This document shows positions 48,285 to 53,920 of a stretch of DNA of 53,920 bases, piece by piece (positions within the stretch are counted from its first letter, which is position 1; every line of letters begins with the position of its first letter). Origin of the DNA: Acidobacteriota bacterium. GTDB taxonomy: Bacteria > Actinomycetota > Acidimicrobiia > Acidimicrobiales > RAAP-2. The stretch is from assembly GCA_019352095.1 (NCBI GenBank), contig JABBNY010000001.1, forward strand, positions 24,122 through 78,041. The letters run 5' to 3'. The notes below the pieces were generated by a model. The model was not told the DNA's origin. It searched no databases and saw only the letters and a program-made list of their open reading frames with translations. Both the position numbers and the translations under genes were made by a program.

Positions 48285-49298
48285 TCAGCGTCGGACCGCC
48301 GCGTTGCGTGCGGGCAGCCCCCAGGTCGAGGCGAGCAGCGAGAACGATTGCACGCGCGCCTCGTAGGTGTGCGTGCGAGTCGAGATCATCAGTTCGTCCG
48401 CACTGGTACGGGCCACGAGGTCGTTGAGACCATCGCGAACGCTCGCCGCATCGCCGATGACGTGTGAACGCATTGATTCTCGAACTGACGCGGCTTCTTC
48501 GGGCGTGAACTTGTACGCCTCGGCCTCGTCGGGCGAGGGCAGTGGGCCCATGCGACCCGTGTTGCGCTGAAGGATGTTGAGCGCGGTCGAGCCAGCGAGC
48601 CACTGGGCCTCGTCATCGCTCGGCGCGCAGATCACCGAGACGGCGACCATTGCTTTGGGGCGGTCCAAGAGCGTTGAGGGCGTGAAGTTGGAACGATAGA
48701 GCTCAAGAGCTTCGTCGAGTAACGCGGGAGCGAAGTGGTAGGCGAACGAGAACGGCAAGCCCAGCATTCCTGCCAATTGGGCACTGAAGGTCGATGAACC
48801 CAGTAGCCAGACCTCGGGCAAGTAGCCACTGCCCGGCGTGGGGGCAGGATGCGGTGGGCGCTCGCGAGGTAGCAAATATCCAATGAGCTCAACGACATCG
48901 TCGGGAAAGCGATTGGCGCTGAGGTCGGGACTGCGACGAAGTGCCCGGGCTGTGACGTGATCGGTGCCCGGTGCTCGACCGAGTCCGAGATCGATCCTCC
49001 CGGGGTGCAGCGCTTCTAGTGTCGCGAACTGTTCGGCAATGACCAGTGGCGCGTGGTTGGGCAACATGACGCCACCCGAGCCAATGCGGATCGTGGTGGT
49101 GGCATTGGCGATGTGGGCCATGATCACTGCCGGCGCAGAACTGGCGACTGCCGCCATCGCGTGATGCTCCGCGACCCAGATTCGCGAATAGCCAAGCTGT
49201 TCTGCGGCGACCGCCATGCGAGTCGTCTCGGCGAGCGCGCGCGCCGGTGTGGAGCCACTCGCCACTGTGGCGAGGTCGAGCACTGAGAGTGGGATCAT
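48285..49298 (-). CDS. Luciferase-like (LLM class) flavin-dependent oxidoreductase
   Basis: [40 protein letters not shown]. Confidence 0.92.
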   Translation of the reverse strand: MIPLSVLDLATVASGSTPARALAETTRMAVAAEQLGYSRIWVAEHHAMAAVASSAPAVIMAHIANATTTIRIGSGGVMLPNHAPLVIAEQFATLEALHPGRIDLGLGRAPGTDHVTARALRRSPDLSANRFPDDVVELIGYLLPRERPPHPAPTPGSGYLPEVWLLGSSTFSAQLAGMLGLPFSFAYHFAPALLDEALELYRSNFTPSTLLDRPKAMVAVSVICAPSDDEAQWLAGSTALNILQRNTGRMGPLPSPDEAEAYKFTPEEAASVRESMRSHVIGDAASVRDGLNDLVARTSADELMISTRTHTYEARVQSFSLLASTWGLPARNAAVRR

Positions 49299-49348
49299 GT
49301 CGGAGTCCACCCTAAAGGCGTGCGCGAGTGAGAACGACGGGGGTGGCT

Positions 49349-50320
49349 TTAGCGAAAACCGACGACGCGGTGCGGCCGGTAGCCACTCTCCAGTCGCTCA
49401 ATCTCGTCGACATCGAGTTGTAGTTCAACTGCCGCGACTGCGTCGGACAGGTGATGCGGCTTCGTGGCGCCCACAATCGGGCTCGTGACGACTGACTTGG
49501 AGAGCACCCAGGCCAAGGCCACCTGAGCGGGCGTGGTACCGCGTTCGTTGGCGATCTCAATCACGGCGTCGACGATGGGCTTGTCTCGCTCGCTGTAGAG
49601 GTTGCGGCCGAACTCGTCGGTCTCCGAGCGCGGCGTTTGCTCGTGCCAAGCTCGGGTGAGCCGACCTCGCGCGAGTGGACTCCACGGAATGACGCCGATT
49701 CCTTGATCTTCACAGAGTGGCAGCATTTCGCGTTCCTCCTCGCGGTAGAGGAGGTTGTAGTAGTTCTGCATGCTGACGAACCTCGTCCAGCCGTGAAGTT
49801 CAGCGAGGTAGAGGGCCTTGGTGAATTGCCAAGCGTGCATTGACGAGGCGCCGATGTAGCGGACCTTGCCCGCCTTCACCACATCGTGGAGAGCTTCAAG
49901 GGTCTCTTCAATTGGCGTGTTGTAGTCCCAGCGGTGAATCTGATACAGGTCGAGGTAGTCAGTGCCGAGTCGCGTGAGGCTGTTGTCGACCTCTGAAAGG
50001 ATCGCTTTTCGCGAGAGGCCCTCGCCGTTCGGTCCAGGCCGCATGCGACCATTCACCTTGGAGGCGATGACCACCTCATCACGAGGGACCATGGACAGCA
50101 GTGTCTCGCCGGTGATCTCCTCGCTGCTGCCGGCGGAGTAGACGTTGGCGGTGTCAAAGAAGTTGATACCCGCGTCGAGCGCCTGACGAAAGAACGGTAT
50201 TGCACTGTCCTTGTCGAGTGACCACGGTTGGTTACCGCGAGTGGGTTCTCCGTAACTCATACATCCCAAACAGATTCGAGACACTTGTAGGCCGGTGTTG
50301 CCAAGATTGATGTAGTCCAT
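49349..50320 (-). CDS. Aldo/keto reductase (YajO-like)
   Basis: [44 protein letters not shown]. Confidence 0.93.
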   Translation of the reverse strand: MDYINLGNTGLQVSRICLGCMSYGEPTRGNQPWSLDKDSAIPFFRQALDAGINFFDTANVYSAGSSEEITGETLLSMVPRDEVVIASKVNGRMRPGPNGEGLSRKAILSEVDNSLTRLGTDYLDLYQIHRWDYNTPIEETLEALHDVVKAGKVRYIGASSMHAWQFTKALYLAELHGWTRFVSMQNYYNLLYREEEREMLPLCEDQGIGVIPWSPLARGRLTRAWHEQTPRSETDEFGRNLYSERDKPIVDAVIEIANERGTTPAQVALAWVLSKSVVTSPIVGATKPHHLSDAVAAVELQLDVDEIERLESGYRPHRVVGFR

Positions 50321-50463
50321 GATGGCAATCTAATTAGTCCTGACTGCGATGGTGACGTGGCCATGGAGGAATCTGAGAATTCCAACGGCGTGCGTGAGGT
50401 TGGCGATCGTCTCGACGCCGTTACGCTGAACCTCGTACGTAGGAACAATCCGTTGGGACCCCA

Positions 50464-51468
50464 ATGCGCCTTGGACGTTTTGCCTTTGTAGTCACATTGC
50501 TCAGCACCGTGGTGCTCGTGTCGCCCGCTCGAGCGACCGGAGCCGCCTCGACGTACGTTGCCCTCGGAGACTCCTACACGTCTGGCGCGGGTCTCAGTCC
50601 CTATCTCGCGGGCTCGAGTGGTTGCAGCCGTTCACCAAAGGCCTATCCGGAGGACGTGGCGCGCGTACTCGCGGGTCCTCACCTTGATTTCGTGGCGTGC
50701 TCGGGCGCGACCATCGCACAAATCATGCGTCAAGTGCACCGTGCGAATGTGTCGCTCGCCAACTCAAGCCTTGTCACCTTGACCGCGGGTGGCAATGACG
50801 TGGCATTCTCAAAGCTCTCTCTGTCCTGCCTTGGTGCGGTCACCAGTCCTTCGTCGAGTGACGTACGCTATCTGCCCTTCGCCGGTGGAGCCTCCGCGTG
50901 TGCCAGCGCGGTCACTGGCGCCGCAAAATTGTTGGACGCTCGCGTGCACCCACAGACCGGAGCAGTAACGGCACCCTACGCGGTGACGGCTAACACACTG
51001 AGCGCACCCTCGCCGCTGGAGGGTCGTTTGCTCGCCCTGCTCCAGGCTGTGCTGCAGGCCAGCACCTCGGGCAACAGCGGAGCTGGTGCGAACGTGCTCG
51101 TCGTCGCCTATCCGATGCTGCTCACACATCGCACGAGCCATGCGTGTCTCGTGGGCGCCTCACCAGTCGACCTCCCCGGTGGTGCCACCATCTATCCGGC
51201 GTTTGCATCATTGGTGACGCGTGAGTTGATAGGCATCAATTCCTTGGTTCGTCGCGAGACGGCCGCCGCCGTTCGAACGTTGGCGTCGACGCAGCCTCGT
51301 CTCAGATTGGTCAACGCGGCCTCGTTTGTACCCCTCAACTGCAGCACGGGTGTCTCGAGTGATCTCAATGGTGTGAGTGTCTCGACCCTGAGGTCGGGTG
51401 GCACACTGCATCCGACCGAGCTGGGCCAAGCGCTCATGGCAACTGCGGTATTGAGTCAGATTCACTAG
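50464..51468 (+). CDS. Secreted SGNH/GDSL hydrolase
   Basis: Signal peptide; YVALGDSY, ACSGA, GGND, LHP. Confidence 0.88.
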   Translation: MRLGRFAFVVTLLSTVVLVSPARATGAASTYVALGDSYTSGAGLSPYLAGSSGCSRSPKAYPEDVARVLAGPHLDFVACSGATIAQIMRQVHRANVSLANSSLVTLTAGGNDVAFSKLSLSCLGAVTSPSSSDVRYLPFAGGASACASAVTGAAKLLDARVHPQTGAVTAPYAVTANTLSAPSPLEGRLLALLQAVLQASTSGNSGAGANVLVVAYPMLLTHRTSHACLVGASPVDLPGGATIYPAFASLVTRELIGINSLVRRETAAAVRTLASTQPRLRLVNAASFVPLNCSTGVSSDLNGVSVSTLRSGGTLHPTELGQALMATAVLSQIH

Positions 51469-51607
51469 CGAGGGTGCGTCGCACCGGTGCGTGCGGCTTT
51501 GCAGAGCGTCGACTTGCGTTGACACCTTAAGTGCGCGAGATTTTGAGTGTGCCCGGTAGATCCGCATGGAGTGTCGTTCTGACTTATGGGTGTGGCAAGG
51601 AGATTCG

Positions 51608-52189
51608 ATGATTGACGATTGCACGGATGCGCTCGGTGCCAGCGAGACTTCCGTGTCGCACAACGACGTTCGCGTCAATCGAATCGTGAGAGGCTTGGAA
51701 TGGGGACTGCTGATCTCGCGAAAGACCGTCCTACTGCCCGTGGTGGTCTTGGTATTGGCAGCGGTTGGATCGTTCGTCTACGGTACGACTGTCTTCATCG
51801 ATACTTTCATAGGCGTCCTGCGTCACCCGTTTCCCATTGGGAATCGAGTCGGGCTCTTGATGTTGGTCATCGATCTTTTCTTGGTGGGCGCGACGATGTT
51901 GATAGCGGCTATTGGCTTTTACGAATTGTTCATTGGCAAAGTCGAGCCGGGGCACGATGGACATGGGATGCCCGCGTGGCTCGAGATGCGAGATTTGAAT
52001 GACCTGAAAGCTCGCGTCATCTCGATGATCATTCTTGTGGTCGCGGTGGCCTTCGTTGACGTCGTCGTTGACTTCACCGATGGACAACGAGTGTTCTTCC
52101 TCGGCGCCGGCGTGGCCCTCGTGATCGGAGCGTTGACCGCTTACCTTCGCTGGGGATCGAAGGACCATCTCGGTGGCAATGGATCATGA
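51608..52189 (+). CDS. YqhA/UPF0114 family membrane protein
   Basis: IDLFLVG..IGFYELFI..PAWLEMRDLNDLK; four TMs; ATG 51608 after AAGGAG. Confidence 0.85.
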   Translation: MIDDCTDALGASETSVSHNDVRVNRIVRGLEWGLLISRKTVLLPVVVLVLAAVGSFVYGTTVFIDTFIGVLRHPFPIGNRVGLLMLVIDLFLVGATMLIAAIGFYELFIGKVEPGHDGHGMPAWLEMRDLNDLKARVISMIILVVAVAFVDVVVDFTDGQRVFFLGAGVALVIGALTAYLRWGSKDHLGGNGS

Positions 52190-53920
52190 GCGTTACCCCG
52201 AGTCGTGGGAGTTCTTCCTCCGACGACTCGGCTAGTGCTACTCCAGAAAGCCTCCGTGCGGAGTTGGCGGAGGGAATCACGGAGGCGTGGCGCCTCGATG
52301 TGAGCGCAGTCGCCACTGGACTCGACGTCGATCTCGAGCGAGGACTCGCGAGCGACGAAGCGGCTCGACGCTTGATTGAGTCAGGTCCAAACCAGCTGAA
52401 GAGGGTGGCGCAGTCGCCACCGGTGGTGTTATTGGTCCGCCAGTTCACCAATGCGATGGTGCTTGTCTTGGCGGTCGCGGGTGTGGTGACCGCATTGACC
52501 GGTGAAGTGACCGACACCATTGTCATTGGAATAATCGTCGTGTTGAATGGTGTCGTCGGCTTTGTCCAGGAGTATCGCGCGCAACGTGCGCTCGAGGCAC
52601 TGCAGCGCCTGGAGGGCGATGAGGTCGTCGTCCGTCGTGACGGGGTACTCGTAGAGATCCGCGCCACCGATGTCACGCTCGGTGACGTAGTCGAACTTGT
52701 GACGGGTGACCTCGTCCCGGCTGACCTTCGTTTGATCGAGACCCATAGCCTGCGCATTGCGCAGGCGGCACTGACCGGAGAGTCCGAGTCCGCGTCCAAA
52801 TCCACCGAGCTATTGCACGTCGACGGCGTGCCACCCATAGGGGATCGGCACAACATGGCATTTCAAGGAACCGCGGTGACCTTTGGCCGAGGGACCGGCG
52901 TGGTCATCGCGGTCGGTGGCGACACCGAACTCGGCCTGATCGCGGATCTCCTTGCGCAACGGACCGAAGTACCGACGCCGCTCCAAGCACGCCTCAGCTC
53001 CTTGGCGAGACTCATGGCGAGCGGTGCCCTGGGGGTCTGTGGCCTTATCTTCATCATTGGACTTCTTCGTGGCGAGCCAGTGCGAGAGATGTTCGTTACG
53101 TCGGTGAGCCTGGCGGTGGCTGCGATACCTGAAGGACTGCCAGCGGTGATTACGGTGGCGCTCGCGTTGGGCGCGCGACGGATGGCGGAACGCCACGCCC
53201 TTGTCCGCAAACTCGTCGCAGTCGAGACTCTTGGTTCGGTCGACGTCATCTGCACTGATAAGACCGGAACGCTGACCCAGAACCGAATGCAGGTGGTGCG
53301 AGTGTGGACACCACTGGGCGAGTATCTCGTCACAGGGAGTGGCTATTCGACGGAGGGTGAACTTCTGGGGCCCCACGCCGCCACTACTGATCCTTACGTG
53401 CAACGAGTAGCCGTGATAGCGGCATTGTGCAACGATGCGTCACTGCGAGCGCCTACACAGGTCAATGGAAGCTGGGAGTTGGCGGGCGACCCCACCGAAG
53501 GTGCACTTGTGGCGTTGGCGGGCAAGTGCGGCGTCGATGCTGCTTCCTTGCGCGTCGTGCGACCGCGCATGCAGGAACTGCCCTTCGACGCAGAGCGCCG
53601 ACTGATGACGACGCTGCATCGTGGCGAAGTGGGTTATGAGGTCCTGACCAAGGGCGCGCTGGAGTCGGTGACTTCGACGCTCGTCACGGACGACCCCGCA
53701 CGTGACATCGCCCGTGACGTTCTTGAACGTTGGACCAAGGAGGGATTTCGCGTACTCGCGATGGCGGACGCGAGTGTCACTACACCGGGCGCGCACCTTG
53801 AAGAGAATCTCAGCCTGGTGGGGCTCGTGGCGATCACCGACCCCCCTCGGGCGGAGGTCGAACGGGCTCTGATCGAATGTCGAGGTGCGGGTATTCGTAC
53901 CGTCATCATCACCGGCGACC
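52186..53920 (+). CDS. Cation-transporting P-type ATPase (P2A/CtpF-like), truncated by window end
   Basis: Read manually, absent from the ORF track because there is no stop: ATG 52186, GPNQL, GDLVPAD, LTGES, IPEGLP, CTDKTGTLTQN near 53251, GDPTEGAL, DPPR, ends at ITGD. Confidence 0.92.
   Translation, partial: MSVTPSRGSSSSDDSASATPESLRAELAEGITEAWRLDVSAVATGLDVDLERGLASDEAARRLIESGPNQLKRVAQSPPVVLLVRQFTNAMVLVLAVAGVVTALTGEVTDTIVIGIIVVLNGVVGFVQEYRAQRALEALQRLEGDEVVVRRDGVLVEIRATDVTLGDVVELVTGDLVPADLRLIETHSLRIAQAALTGESESASKSTELLHVDGVPPIGDRHNMAFQGTAVTFGRGTGVVIAVGGDTELGLIADLLAQRTEVPTPLQARLSSLARLMASGALGVCGLIFIIGLLRGEPVREMFVTSVSLAVAAIPEGLPAVITVALALGARRMAERHALVRKLVAVETLGSVDVICTDKTGTLTQNRMQVVRVWTPLGEYLVTGSGYSTEGELLGPHAATTDPYVQRVAVIAALCNDASLRAPTQVNGSWELAGDPTEGALVALAGKCGVDAASLRVVRPRMQELPFDAERRLMTTLHRGEVGYEVLTKGALESVTSTLVTDDPARDIARDVLERWTKEGFRVLAMADASVTTPGAHLEENLSLVGLVAITDPPRAEVERALIECRGAGIRTVIITGD

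Overview
Chromosomal replication-origin region of a high-GC actinobacterium, most likely Acidimicrobiia (inferred from gene order and protein character, not from a search). 1-29.6 kb is the conserved oriC neighbourhood: gyrA-gyrB-dciA-recF-dnaN-[oriC]-dnaA, then rpmH-rnpA-yidD-yidC-jag-rsmG-[4x parS]-parA-parB, cwlM-like/trxA/trxB/DegV/murJ/DUF6049-like, CCA-adding enzyme, ino1 with PadR, DUF5318-panB and rpsF-ssb-rpsR-rplI-dnaB. 29.6-53.9 kb is mixed metabolic and accessory DNA: GGDEF-EAL, SDR, rlmN, MFS, 2-oxoacid dehydrogenase E1a/E1b/E2, BCP, an orphan RegX3-like regulator, a secreted Cys-repeat protein, MscS, MgtA, a thiol/redox cluster, an SGNH hydrolase, YqhA and a second P-type ATPase cut off by the window end. 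I saw no rRNA, tRNA, CRISPR array, transposase, integrase, intein or defence system, and I cannot claim a clearly novel multi-gene system. The best leads are cis-regulatory or structural: an anti-SD hairpin coupling trxB to trxA, a probable CTG start for the cwlM-like gene, a second DnaA-box cluster after parB, a leaderless uORF or frameshift at mscS, a CsoR-type operator on a second thioredoxin, an 8-repeat disulfide beta-propeller candidate, and a YqhA-P-type ATPase coupling. Several start codons were re-assigned from the ORF track using SD, -10 and overlap evidence.
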